Origin: an uncultured Alphaproteobacteria bacterium
GTDB taxonomy: Bacteria; Pseudomonadota; Alphaproteobacteria; Rs-D84
Reading direction: 5' to 3'
DNA: 64,000 bases
Assembly (NCBI GenBank): GCA_944393245.1
Contig: CALXZM010000004.1
Location: forward strand, 383 to 64,382
Below the pieces are notes generated by a model that worked only from the letters and a program-made list of their open reading frames with translations, did no database searches and was not told where the DNA came from. The stretch's first letter is position 1. Each line of letters starts with the position of its first letter. Positions 36,851-46,850 of the stretch are shown piece after piece. Position numbers and translations under genes: made by a program.

Positions 36851-39592
36851 TTATCTGATGGCATCGGGCAAATATTCTAATTCTTCGCCATTTTCTGATA
36901 CACAAATGCCATCTTTTTCACCGCCATTTAATGGGCAAACCTGGTTGGCGGAACTGGGGGTCATTATGCACCAATCTGATGCGGCTGGGACGTTGGTGGC
37001 ACTGACATCCATCATTTCGTGCAGTGTTATGCTGCAACTGGCATCGTTTGCGTGTTTCGTTGTCCCAGATGTTTGATTTTTTACCGTTACTGGCAGACCA
37101 GCGATACATTTCGGGCTTTGGCCCCATTTACTGCGGCGTCCGCCATTTTCCCAGCACAGGCATGCCCCCCATGATTGGGTGTCCACATTCAAATCGTAAT
37201 CACGTGGGCACATGTTTTCATTTGCACCAATGGCATATATTTTAACTAAATTTGGGTATATTGATGTACCACCATATTCCAATGAGTTTTCAAAATCGGC
37301 AGAACACAAAGAATCTTCGACATAAACATCTTTGATAAATTGTAGTTCTATAAACCTGCCCTGTAAATTCATGCATTGTGTTGTCAAAGAGTCAACGATT
37401 TGATTATATATTTCGGTTGCAACACCCGTTGGTCGTGGTGTGTGGTGGGCCAACAAACGTTGTGGACCCGCCGCCACGGATGTATCATATGGTGTTACAC
37501 CGTCTGTTGGATTTGCGTCCAGTAAACCGTATTTTCTGTGCTTGCCAGGTGCGCCATTTTTATTGTATTCGCCATCGTAATCAAAATAGAATACACTTTC
37601 AGTATTGTATTTACCCTTGGACGCGTTTATAACGTCAAATCCACCAAATACCTTTTCCAACATTTCCGGTGCACTGCATGATTCAATGTCTTTTAATTGC
37701 TGGGCGCATTTTGATACGGGCTTGTCTGTTATTTGTTTGCCGTTTTCGTCATATTCATACAATGTAAACCATTCCAGTGCTTCGCCGGTGCGGAATAAAC
37801 CGCTGTACGGATAATAGAAGTTTTCATAATTACTGCCACCAAAACTGTCAAAGCATTGTTTTGCAACTGCACGACATGCGGTCAAAGTATCCGTTTCTTC
37901 GCGATTGTTGATATAGTCCGTAACGATGTTTTGGCCGTCCGTTTGTTCATAGAACATCATGTTACATGAATTGATATAGTCGCGACATATTTCGGTGGTT
38001 AGTGTGATTTTGTTTGGTTGTAAAACCGTGGTATCGTCCCCAGTTAATTCAGCCATTGCCGCAGTCAGTGCCGTATCACCGTTCATATAGCATGCTGATA
38101 CAAAGTCAAAGCAACCCTGCTTGATTTCGGCAACTTTGGATTGTTGGGCGTAATATATGTCCAACATTGCTTTGTCTAAGTATTCCGCCCAAACGTCATC
38201 CGCGATTTCTGTGCATTTATCCAGTGCGGGTTCCGCAAATTTTTTCACCCTGTTTTCAAAATTATTTACAAATGCACGATTGGCGGTAACCTTGGATAAC
38301 TTTTGATTGGCGGCATCAATACCATCAGCAAATCGTAACAGATTTCCCAATTCATAGAAGTTTTCCACCCCGGCAATCGGTGCACCCGTCGATACATCAA
38401 TAAATTCGCCATTGTCCAGGCATTTATGGTAATTGGCACCGCATACCTCTTCACTTAAAATGGCCTGTTCCACATTGGCCAGACATGTGGCCATGTCGGA
38501 TGAATTGTGATTTTGTCTGTTTTCTACGCGTGCCAAATCCAACATAGCACTGCTTTCGCGGACCGCGGATTTCATCTGTTTTTGTTGATTTTCGATTGCA
38601 GATTCAACGGCGTTACAATCCTGTTCTATGGCCATCAGGTATGCCGTGATTGCGCGCTGTAACTGGGCGTCTGTGCAATCAGCACGGACCGCCGCGCGAC
38701 ATTGTGGGTATACGGCGTTATATAAATTTTGGCCGTTGTATGATGCGATTATTTGCCCCGCGTCGGCGGTGCCAAATGCGTTTACAGTATCAAATGACAG
38801 GGTTATACTGTTTAATCCTGAATACTTGCCACCAACAGTTGCATCGTCGCCACGAATGGAATTCATAATTGCCCGTAATAATTGTTTTGATGCAGATGTA
38901 TCGGCGGTTAGTGCATTTTCACCCTCGGTCGCGGTTTTCATGGCGGCTGCCTGTTCCGCGGTCATGCCGACAACGTCCAGATTTTCTGTAAATACCGTTA
39001 ATTGGTCGGTGGCATCCTGCATAACATCACGAATTTCCGCCAGGTCAAACACGCGATTGCTGCACGAACAACGGCGATAATCGTCATTTTTTAATTGGCA
39101 AAATTGATCCATGCATGTGAAATATGCACTTTTACATTGTTCGTATTCGGCCCCAGTGCGTGTGCCAGACACTATGTCGGATACCCCATCAATGGCCGCG
39201 CGTGAAACAACCGGTGTGGCACTGCGTGCAGATTGCACCGTTGTTGTGGCCGCCCGGGTTGTTGCGTCACGTGATATAACGCCAGTTGAATCGCCGCGTA
39301 CAGTTGCAGATGTATTTTGTGTTTGGCGTGGGGTGCGCGCCGTGCGGGCGGTTGTTGTGTCTGGACGGGTTGGTGCTGATACCGTGGTGCCAGTGCGTGA
39401 AACAACTGGGGCGGCGGTACGTGTTGTTACCGCACGGGCGGCAACGGCCTTGGTCGATGCAGTGCGTGATGTGGCGGATTGTGTTGCCGATGATGGGGTA
39501 CCACGATTGGTTACGTTTTCATCACGAACGGCGGCGTCGGCCGTGCCCAAGCAGATTGCAAAAATCCCAATAAAATGCAGAATTTTTTTCAT
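36851..39592 (-). CDS. Family B large secreted Cys-rich protein (913 aa). Signal peptide, about 140 aa of T/S/A/R-rich low complexity, then a large Cys-containing domain.
   Basis: MKKILHFIGIFAICLGTADA signal; TARTARTPRQTQNTSATVRGDSTGVISRDATTRAATTT...; EYEQCKSAYFTCMDQFCQLKNDDYRRCSCS is paralogous to the protein at 3429-4535. Confidence 0.6.
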   Translation of the reverse strand: MKKILHFIGIFAICLGTADAAVRDENVTNRGTPSSATQSATSRTASTKAVAARAVTTRTAAPVVSRTGTTVSAPTRPDTTTARTARTPRQTQNTSATVRGDSTGVISRDATTRAATTTVQSARSATPVVSRAAIDGVSDIVSGTRTGAEYEQCKSAYFTCMDQFCQLKNDDYRRCSCSNRVFDLAEIRDVMQDATDQLTVFTENLDVVGMTAEQAAAMKTATEGENALTADTSASKQLLRAIMNSIRGDDATVGGKYSGLNSITLSFDTVNAFGTADAGQIIASYNGQNLYNAVYPQCRAAVRADCTDAQLQRAITAYLMAIEQDCNAVESAIENQQKQMKSAVRESSAMLDLARVENRQNHNSSDMATCLANVEQAILSEEVCGANYHKCLDNGEFIDVSTGAPIAGVENFYELGNLLRFADGIDAANQKLSKVTANRAFVNNFENRVKKFAEPALDKCTEIADDVWAEYLDKAMLDIYYAQQSKVAEIKQGCFDFVSACYMNGDTALTAAMAELTGDDTTVLQPNKITLTTEICRDYINSCNMMFYEQTDGQNIVTDYINNREETDTLTACRAVAKQCFDSFGGSNYENFYYPYSGLFRTGEALEWFTLYEYDENGKQITDKPVSKCAQQLKDIESCSAPEMLEKVFGGFDVINASKGKYNTESVFYFDYDGEYNKNGAPGKHRKYGLLDANPTDGVTPYDTSVAAGPQRLLAHHTPRPTGVATEIYNQIVDSLTTQCMNLQGRFIELQFIKDVYVEDSLCSADFENSLEYGGTSIYPNLVKIYAIGANENMCPRDYDLNVDTQSWGACLCWENGGRRSKWGQSPKCIAGLPVTVKNQTSGTTKHANDASCSITLHEMMDVSATNVPAASDWCIMTPSSANQVCPLNGGEKDGICVSENGEELEYLPDAIR

Positions 39593-39761
39593 TTCTATTA
39601 AATGTTAGCAAAATTGCAATTTTCAGGGCAAGCATTTTTATACACAATATTGATATATGACAGAATGCGTATTGATGTGGTGGGATATTTGCAATATGCA
39701 ATAAAGTTCATTTTTCTTGTTGCAAAATAAGTTAACTTAATATATTATAGGCAAAGCACCT

Positions 39762-39848
39762 GCGGATATGGCGGAATTGGTAGACGCGCTAGTTTCAGGT
39801 ACTAGTGGCAGCAATGCCTTGGAGGTTCAAGTCCTCTTATCCGCACCA
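39762..39848 (+). tRNA. tRNA-Leu (anticodon CAG)
   Basis: Long variable arm, anticodon loop ttCAGgt, acceptor gcggata/tatccgc, encoded CCA. Confidence 0.85.
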
Positions 39849-39859
39849 GATTGGGTTTT

Positions 39860-39935
39860 GGGGTTGTAGCTCAGTTGATAGAGCGCTACGTTCGCATCGT
39901 AGAGGTCGTGGGTTTGAGTCCCATCAGCTCCACCA
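39860..39935 (+). tRNA. tRNA-Ala (anticodon CGC)
   Basis: G3:U70 wobble in the acceptor (the Ala identity element). Anticodon loop ttCGCat. The unusual D-loop A19 is compensated by U56 in the T-loop (tttgagt), an A19:U56 covariation. Encoded CCA, terminator follows. Confidence 0.8.
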
Positions 39936-40022
39936 GAATTATACCGCCAGAATGGGCGGTTTTTTATTGCAATATTTTATTAATGTTATTATATTTTTTG
40001 CGAATAATTTCAGGGGAAAAAT

Positions 40023-41153
40023 ATGAATTTTGGGATTACATCCAGTACGTCAATTATTGGATTTATTGCAATGGCTTTCTTATTTGTGCGATATGCGATG
40101 TTTTCCAATATTTCGTGGTGGGGAAAATTAATTTTGCTTGTCGTGTTTGTCGGAATCGGCTTTTTGCCCCAATTGGGAAAATATGAATTTGAAGACTTTT
40201 GGGGTGCGGCATATCCCGTTGTTTGTAACATTATTTCATATGTGTATATGACGGCAATAATACTGGTTACAATAACCGTTATTCGGGATGCGGGGTGGCT
40301 GATTTTATATTTGTGTGGTGTAACGCCCAGTCCCATGGAAATACCATCCGTTGTGCGTGCTAACTTAATAACATTGGTTGTGGCGGCGATTATGGGCGGA
40401 TATGCACTGTATGTGGGATTACGTACCCCGCCGGCCAGGGTTGTCACAATATCATCACCAAAAATTACGGCGGAATACAAGATTGCTGCCCTGCCCGATT
40501 TACATATTCAGCGTACAACGGCATTGCGTCGGATTAAGAATATTGTTGATGTTGTAAATGAACAACATGTAAATGCCGCTGTATTATTGGGCGATACCAT
40601 AGATGATGAATTATCGCGTATTATGCCAGGGTTACAGATGTTGACGGATATATCGGCACCTGATGGTATTTATTTTGTTACAGGTAATCATGAAACGTAT
40701 TTGGGGTATGACGCGTCGGTTGCGGCATTAAAGGGTATGGGGTTTACATTCCTGGAAAACAGTGGGGTATCATTGCGCGATGATATTTATTTGGGCGGTT
40801 TTCCAGATATTCATTCGTCGCGGCGCAGTGGCCATCAATATGATATGGAAAAAACGTTTGAAAATGCCAATGTTGGACAATTCAGGCTGTTGGCATCGCA
40901 TACACCGGGGACGTTTAAAAATAATGATTTTGATTTAGAAATTGCCGGGCATACACATGGTGGGCAAATTATACCAATTATATTTTTAATGTATTTGCAT
41001 GCGTCCTTTTTGGCCGGTGAATATGAATTGCATGATGGGGCCAAAATATACGTTTCACGTGGAATATCCCAGGGTGGACCACAAATGCGATTATTTGCAC
41101 CAAACGAAATAACTGTTATCAAACTGGTGCCACAATCTGGCGGCAAAATGTAA
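40023..41153 (+). CDS. Membrane-anchored calcineurin-like metallophosphoesterase
   Basis: N-terminal about 130 aa with 4 TM helices, then LGDTIDD, VTGNHETY and AGHTHGGQI metallophosphatase motifs. Confidence 0.7.
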   Translation: MNFGITSSTSIIGFIAMAFLFVRYAMFSNISWWGKLILLVVFVGIGFLPQLGKYEFEDFWGAAYPVVCNIISYVYMTAIILVTITVIRDAGWLILYLCGVTPSPMEIPSVVRANLITLVVAAIMGGYALYVGLRTPPARVVTISSPKITAEYKIAALPDLHIQRTTALRRIKNIVDVVNEQHVNAAVLLGDTIDDELSRIMPGLQMLTDISAPDGIYFVTGNHETYLGYDASVAALKGMGFTFLENSGVSLRDDIYLGGFPDIHSSRRSGHQYDMEKTFENANVGQFRLLASHTPGTFKNNDFDLEIAGHTHGGQIIPIIFLMYLHASFLAGEYELHDGAKIYVSRGISQGGPQMRLFAPNEITVIKLVPQSGGKM

Positions 41154-41276
41154 ACAGACCGACTGCGCTGGCATAGATATATACCCCAATGCAACATAAT
41201 TGCAACAATAACAGCATAAAAATATTGACAAGTGGGTACGTCACGCGGTAGTATATTGGGCAGATTTTTAAAGTCC

Positions 41277-41363
41277 GGGGATATGGCGGAATGGTAGACG
41301 CTGAGGACTTAAAATCCTTTGGTCATTGCGACCGTGTGGGTTCAAGTCCCACTATCCCCACCA
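41277..41363 (+). tRNA. tRNA-Leu (anticodon TAA)
   Basis: Long variable arm, anticodon loop ctTAAaa, acceptor ggggata/tatcccc, encoded CCA, terminator hairpin aatggggtgaatttatcaccccattt downstream. Confidence 0.85.
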
Positions 41364-41418
41364 AGGAAATCAAAATTTTATAAATAAATGGGGTGAATTT
41401 ATCACCCCATTTATTTTA

Positions 41419-42330
41419 CTAATACAACTTATGCTTATTTTCCATGGATACTTTAATCAGGTATTTTTTATAATCGCTGTCTTTTAATTCATTAATTATG
41501 TTGGTTAATTGCTTTTTATTAATAAATCCACGACGATATGCGATTTCTTCGATACAGGCGATTTTCAGGCCCTGGCGTTCTTCCATAATTTGTACAAAGT
41601 TGCTGGAATCCATCAGGCTTTTTGGTGTGCCAGCGTCCAGCCAGGCGTTCCCGCGTAACATTGGTACCACAGACATTCTGTGTTCCGCCAGGTACATATT
41701 ATTTAAATCAGTAATTTCATATTCGCCACGGGCGGATGGTTTTAATGATTTGGCCTTTTCAACCACGTCGCCAGGATAGAAATATAATCCAACAGACGCA
41801 AAGTTTGACTTTGGATTTTTGGGTTTTTCTTCGATTGATACGGCGTTCAGTTTGTCGTCAAATTCAACAACGCCAAATCTTTCTGGGTCAGACACGTGAT
41901 ATGCAAAAATTGTCGCGCGTTGGCCCTGGTTTTTCTGAACCGTTTTGCGGAACCAGGGGAACTGTTCGCCCATATGGAATATATTATCACCCAAAATCAG
42001 GCACACGTCTTGGTTGTTAATAAATTGTTCGCCAATGGTGAATGCCTGGGCAATGCCCTGGGGGTGCTGTTGTATTTTGTAACTGATTTTCATCCCCAGG
42101 TTGCTGCCGTCGCCAAACAGGCGTTCTATGTTTGGCGTATCATGGGGGGTGGATATAATCAAAATATCGCGGATGTCAAATTGCATCAGGGTTGACATGG
42201 GGTAATAAATCATCGGTTTATCATATACAGGCAGTAACTGTTTTGATGTCGTTTTGGTCAATGGATACAAACGGGTGCCACTGCCACCTGCTAAAATAAT
42301 GCCTTTCATGGAATTACTCCTTTGAATCAA
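41419..42330 (-). CDS. rfbA: Glucose-1-phosphate thymidylyltransferase
   Basis: MKGIILAGGSGTRLYPLTKTTSKQLLPVYDKPMIYYPMSTLM. Confidence 0.9.
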   Translation of the reverse strand: MIQRSNSMKGIILAGGSGTRLYPLTKTTSKQLLPVYDKPMIYYPMSTLMQFDIRDILIISTPHDTPNIERLFGDGSNLGMKISYKIQQHPQGIAQAFTIGEQFINNQDVCLILGDNIFHMGEQFPWFRKTVQKNQGQRATIFAYHVSDPERFGVVEFDDKLNAVSIEEKPKNPKSNFASVGLYFYPGDVVEKAKSLKPSARGEYEITDLNNMYLAEHRMSVVPMLRGNAWLDAGTPKSLMDSSNFVQIMEERQGLKIACIEEIAYRRGFINKKQLTNIINELKDSDYKKYLIKVSMENKHKLY

Positions 42331-42452
42331 TATATTTTATTGAAATGATAGCCAAATGATGACAAAAAGCAAATTTTTGTATATGTTTTTTGCTTGCGCC
42401 GAATTGGTCAAGGTGTTAAAATACACGGCAACCTGTTTTGGAAATTGTTTTT

Positions 42453-42529
42453 GGATGTGTAGCTCAGTTGGTTAGAGCGCTTCGTTCACATCGAAGAGGT
42501 CGTTGGTTCGAGTCCAATCACATCCACCA
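42453..42529 (+). tRNA. tRNA-Val (anticodon CAC)
   Basis: Anticodon loop ttCACat, acceptor ggatgtg/cacatcc, T-arm ggttcgagtcc, encoded CCA, terminator aatccgccagtatcggcggatttttt downstream. Confidence 0.85.
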
Positions 42530-42590
42530 GAATATTAAAAAATCCGCCAGTATCGGCGGATTTTTTATTGGTATGTTTATACATGTTTGT

Positions 42591-42929
42591 TTATCGCAAA
42601 CCCTTTGCCCGGCAACAGGCCGATGCTGCACTGCGCCAATCGGAATATTTCTTGTTCGGGGTGCGTAAATCCTGCCACGGTTGCCAACCACTGCAATTTT
42701 GGTTGTCGCCACTGCCGTTGCATTTTACATATCGACGTAATGTACATGTTTGGTTTGAAACCTTGCCCGTGTCGGTTGTGCATTTTACCACAACCGTTTG
42801 ATTGCGGGCATCGTTACGGCCCAATTCCTTGGATGATAACAGCTGATACGCATCCGCCATACCAGCGGACGCAATCAATACGCATAATGCACAGAATAAC
42901 TTTTTCATATAATGCGCCCCCTTTGTCAT
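42591..42929 (-). CDS. Small secreted Cys-rich hypothetical protein
   Basis: MKKLFCALCVLIASAGMADA signal; 10 Cys in 112 aa including a C-terminal CC dipeptide. Confidence 0.45.
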   Translation of the reverse strand: MTKGAHYMKKLFCALCVLIASAGMADAYQLLSSKELGRNDARNQTVVVKCTTDTGKVSNQTCTLRRYVKCNGSGDNQNCSGWQPWQDLRTPNKKYSDWRSAASACCRAKGLR

Positions 42930-42968
42930 ATTATTATAATCAGGTATGTATAAAATTACAATCGGTAT

Positions 42969-44717
42969 TTATTCGGCGTGCTGGGTGTCGCGCGTTGTCC
43001 ACGGTTCGTCGTTCATCACCAAATAATATAATTCTGCGCTGTTCGTTCCAGGGTTGCGTATAATCGGACGCACAACATAAATATCAACGTTACAGGCGCG
43101 ATTGTTTTCGTCCGTTTGAATACTATCCAGGTTGAAATGGAATTTGTTGGCAAAATCCATTGCCTGTAAAAACGCGGCGTCATCATCAGCGGCGGTATAC
43201 GCATCGCCCGCCCACATCAGCCACATGCCGTGATTTATAACGTTTTCTTGGCCCTGTAAATCGTCTGCGGATAATAATGTTAATGGTTTGAATTCTATTC
43301 CACTGGTGAAATCACCGGTACTGGTTTCTGTCCAATCATACATTCCGCCAATGAAATTTAATGCGCCGTATATAAATCCACCCGTTCTTTCCAGGCGTGC
43401 CAATGCACCCACGTTTGCCAGTGTTGATTGAAACAACCAATCACGTACACGGCCTGATAATGTGCTGCTGCGGGCGATTTTTGCAGCGGCGCGAATTTGT
43501 TTGCCGCCACTGTTGGCCGCACGTATTGCACGCCATGCGCGGGCAATAATGTTGCCACGTTGGGCCGGACGCAGACTGCGTAATGCGCGACGGTATTGAT
43601 TTAGTGAAGAAAATGTTTGGCTGGCCTGGCGATATCGGCGAACATTATCGTCGGTTGTTTCCAATGTACGTATTGCATTGGCGTAATTTTCAACCTCGGC
43701 CGCTTTACGCGCATATCCGGCCGCATCAGTTGCGCGATCAATTGCCCTTAATTCTGATGTGGCACGTGCGTATTGTTGGGTCAGACGAATGTAATCGCGC
43801 ACAGAATCTGTTTGGCGCAGCGCACGCATTGTTGATGTTAGTCCGTGCAGTGCACGTGATGCACGTGCGGCCTTGGTTGCGCCCAGAACAGCAGTCCCCC
43901 CACCCATCGTCGCAACCGTTATAATCACATCCAATCCAATTTCCAGATATGAAATCCATTGTAAATTGGCATCGCCCGCCACATAGTAATCATTTGTGTC
44001 ATCTTCCAGATTTACTGTTTCGCGCATTGCGCGGTTTATCATGGTGTTATCATTGGTCAGTGCTGATTTGCCGGTGCACATATTGCCACGTGGAAACAAT
44101 GTATCAATGTTATCATTTATATATTGCATTGATATAGTGTTGTTTTTATCGGGGCCAACAAATGCGTCCAATGTGCCAGATTCCACAACCATAATGGCAT
44201 ACCATGCAGGATCGGTGTTCGTCCAAATGGCATTGTCGTTTGGGTCGCCAACACGTGGATTTGGATCGGTGGACGGTAAATCGCGTTTATCCCCCAGGGT
44301 TATACGCTGTTTCAGAATTTTTGGTTGTGTTTCATAATTTACCGTTATTGTGCGGCCACCTGGGAAAGTATATGTAATTGGTAAAAATTTGATTGTTTCA
44401 TCATCCGCCAAATTTTCAAATTCGGGGCATGCCAATACAGCGCGCAATACATCAGGATTCTGAAAAGTTTGGTATATCCATTGGCGAATTGTTGTTTCAT
44501 CATCTGTTTCAGAAACAGATGATTGGGTTTCATACAGTGCGTTTGCAAATATGGCCGTTGCACATTTTGTGTCATCTGGACTGGTTTTCAATAGTTCAGA
44601 TGTTGGGATAAAATCAGGTGTGTTTGGCAAATCATTTGGTGGGGGCACTAAATCCGCACAAAACGCCACACGCGTGGTGCACAGTGTGAATAATAAAGAT
44701 ACAGCAATTTTATGCAT
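42969..44717 (-). CDS. Large secreted hypothetical protein (about 580 aa) in the prepilin-peptidase operon
   Basis: Probable start MHKIAVSLLFTLCTTRVAFCA (Sec signal). It follows the stop of the Family A gene by 5 nt. No recognised domain. Confidence 0.55.
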   Translation of the reverse strand: MHKIAVSLLFTLCTTRVAFCADLVPPPNDLPNTPDFIPTSELLKTSPDDTKCATAIFANALYETQSSVSETDDETTIRQWIYQTFQNPDVLRAVLACPEFENLADDETIKFLPITYTFPGGRTITVNYETQPKILKQRITLGDKRDLPSTDPNPRVGDPNDNAIWTNTDPAWYAIMVVESGTLDAFVGPDKNNTISMQYINDNIDTLFPRGNMCTGKSALTNDNTMINRAMRETVNLEDDTNDYYVAGDANLQWISYLEIGLDVIITVATMGGGTAVLGATKAARASRALHGLTSTMRALRQTDSVRDYIRLTQQYARATSELRAIDRATDAAGYARKAAEVENYANAIRTLETTDDNVRRYRQASQTFSSLNQYRRALRSLRPAQRGNIIARAWRAIRAANSGGKQIRAAAKIARSSTLSGRVRDWLFQSTLANVGALARLERTGGFIYGALNFIGGMYDWTETSTGDFTSGIEFKPLTLLSADDLQGQENVINHGMWLMWAGDAYTAADDDAAFLQAMDFANKFHFNLDSIQTDENNRACNVDIYVVRPIIRNPGTNSAELYYLVMNDEPWTTRDTQHAE

Positions 44718-44722
44718 GTTTT

Positions 44723-45931
44723 TTAGTTGCCCAACATATAACCACACCTGTTAACAAGGTTTTGACGCAGGTTTTGTAAACGATTAATCAGTTCATCGTA
44801 TTGATTTGTAGTTGGATTTTCAGGCGTTGTGTACGGGTTTACCGGTTGATTTGTTGATGCGACGACACAGGTGTTACCACTGCGTGTATAACCAGATATA
44901 CAACCCCAATTCCAACAATAATTGGTGGTATCAGGTATGTATTCAATATATGCATCTATGCCCTTGGCGGGTTCGCCAGATTCTGTACAATATCGTGCGA
45001 CACATTCAGGTTGCCAAAAATCGTCTTTCCATAATCCGTTCCACCACCCCGCGGCGGTGTCTGACCAAGTGGATTCGTCTTTCTTTTTCCCCTGTAAACA
45101 TTGACGGACACCCGGTGCGGCGATAACATTAGTGCCGTTTTGTTCCACGCCACAGAACATATAATCACCAATATTTGCCTGGCGTTCGCCTTTATTAAAT
45201 ACCGTATTACAACATGTGAAAGCACCAGTCACAGGATCGTATAAGCAATCTGTTTCTGAAAATACTTGTGAACCAGATATTAAACCGCCAATAATTGCAC
45301 CAGCGGCCGCCCCGATACCAGTGCCGATTACTGGGAATATACTGCCAACCGATGCACCCGCGATTGCACCACTGGCCGCACCACCAGCCACATTCCAACC
45401 GCTGTGTTCGCCCTGGCCGGCGGTTGATGCATATATACCGGCCGCGCCCCCGGCAATGCCCAATGCGGCCCCCACTTTTGCGCCGCGTGACATACTGGAC
45501 CAGTTTGTTCGGGGCCTAGGCGCGGTAGTTGACGGTGCCGACGTTGTTGGCCCAGACGGAGCTGGGGCAGGACCTGGTGTCGGTGTCGACGTTGTTGGTC
45601 CAGACGGAGCTGGGGCGGGACCTGGTGTCGGTGTTGACGTTGTTGGTCCAGACGGAGCTGGGGCAGGACCTGGTGTCGGTGTCGACGTTGTTGTCCCAGA
45701 TGGAGTTGGGGCAGGACCTGGTGTCGGTGCCGATGGTGTTGGTGCAGGTACGGGAACCGCATTTGGCATACCTGTAACGTTTATTAAACGTCCTGTATTT
45801 GCGTCACGCCAACGGTGATCAGAAATGCTCTGTACTGGGATTACGCCAGGGTCATTCCACATTAATGCGTTTGCACCAGAATTAACAAACATCAATGACA
45901 GTATGAAAAAAAATATAACTGTTTTACGCAT
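44723..45931 (-). CDS. Family A secreted protein: signal peptide, 16-aa Pro/Thr-rich tandem repeats, glycine-zipper segment, FSETDC...CCN / CWNWGC module
   Basis: MRKTVIFFFILSLMFVNSGANA; (TPTPGPAPAPSGPTTS)x about 4; GAALGIAGGAAGIYAS...IGTGIGAAAGAIIGGLISGSQVFSETDCLYDPVTGAFTCCN. Paralogous to 1-2156. Confidence 0.6.
   Translation of the reverse strand: MRKTVIFFFILSLMFVNSGANALMWNDPGVIPVQSISDHRWRDANTGRLINVTGMPNAVPVPAPTPSAPTPGPAPTPSGTTTSTPTPGPAPAPSGPTTSTPTPGPAPAPSGPTTSTPTPGPAPAPSGPTTSAPSTTAPRPRTNWSSMSRGAKVGAALGIAGGAAGIYASTAGQGEHSGWNVAGGAASGAIAGASVGSIFPVIGTGIGAAAGAIIGGLISGSQVFSETDCLYDPVTGAFTCCNTVFNKGERQANIGDYMFCGVEQNGTNVIAAPGVRQCLQGKKKDESTWSDTAAGWWNGLWKDDFWQPECVARYCTESGEPAKGIDAYIEYIPDTTNYCWNWGCISGYTRSGNTCVVASTNQPVNPYTTPENPTTNQYDELINRLQNLRQNLVNRCGYMLGN
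45520..45740. repeat. Four tandem 48-bp coding repeats (the Pro/Thr/Gly-rich unit) inside the Family A gene
   Basis: gacgttgttggtccagacggagctggggcaggacctggtgtcggtgtc repeated with single-base variants. Confidence 0.7.
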
Positions 45932-45935
45932 GTGC

Positions 45936-46832
45936 TTAATAAATCCCTTTTAGACTTTTTATACATTCATTAAATGGTGTGCCGGCATTTTTGCAGTTTT
46001 GCAATGTTGCTATATCCGCATTTAGCGTTGCCAGTTGCGCTGTTGCGTTATTGCAATAAGAATCGTAACGTGCACGGTATTTTTCTTCGCTTTCAATATT
46101 TAATGGTTCGTATGCGGATTTATCCTTGTACGGGGCGTAACCGGCCGCGTCATTTTGCATGCGTTCGGTAAAAGATAAATCAGCGGCCGTTGTTGGAAAT
46201 GCCGCGCGTGCCAATTGGGTGTCGCCCCCGCCGGTGTTGGCAGATTGCAGATTTTGTAATTCCTGTTGCCGTTCCATTATATCACCCATCCAGTCGGGTG
46301 TTTGTGGGGTATATGGGTTGGGAAATTCATAATCGGGTTGATTTAACTTTGTATTCGGGGTTGTCGCAGCCGGAAAAGATACCGTTTTGCCCGTGGGGGC
46401 CGCCACTGCGTTTTGTGAAACATATTTGCTGAATTCTGTGTCAATGTATCCCGCGCATGGCGTTACATAGTTATGGTTTGGTAAACTGGCCAATTGTACA
46501 GTCAACGTTGGACGTGCGTCATCAACGTCAATCCCGACACAGTTATTGCGCGATGCACAAAATGATGCCACCAATGCCCCAACAACAGCGGTACAATCCG
46601 ATGTGTCGACATCCGTGCCCTGGACATAAACGGGTACCGGCATACGTTGGTTATACGGCATGTCAGGATTCCAAAATGGGTTTGATGAATAATTTTGCAC
46701 GTTTTGTATTTGACCATATTGTGAAAATGGTGTGGTGTATGTCGGAAATGTTGTCGCGATTGCCGGCAATGTGGCAATGCTGAAAAGTGTGCCAATTATG
46801 GAAAATATATATAATTTCATTTCTCTGCCCAT
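45936..46832 (-). CDS. Secreted hypothetical protein (about 300 aa)
   Basis: Hydrophobic signal-like N-terminus MKLYIFSIIGTLFSIATLPAIA. AGGGA Shine-Dalgarno before Met6. Contains QQELQNLQS, a heptad also present in the 676-aa Family A protein. Confidence 0.5.
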   Translation of the reverse strand: MGREMKLYIFSIIGTLFSIATLPAIATTFPTYTTPFSQYGQIQNVQNYSSNPFWNPDMPYNQRMPVPVYVQGTDVDTSDCTAVVGALVASFCASRNNCVGIDVDDARPTLTVQLASLPNHNYVTPCAGYIDTEFSKYVSQNAVAAPTGKTVSFPAATTPNTKLNQPDYEFPNPYTPQTPDWMGDIMERQQELQNLQSANTGGGDTQLARAAFPTTAADLSFTERMQNDAAGYAPYKDKSAYEPLNIESEEKYRARYDSYCNNATAQLATLNADIATLQNCKNAGTPFNECIKSLKGIY

Positions 46833-46850
46833 TATTCCCTGTTTCATGTA

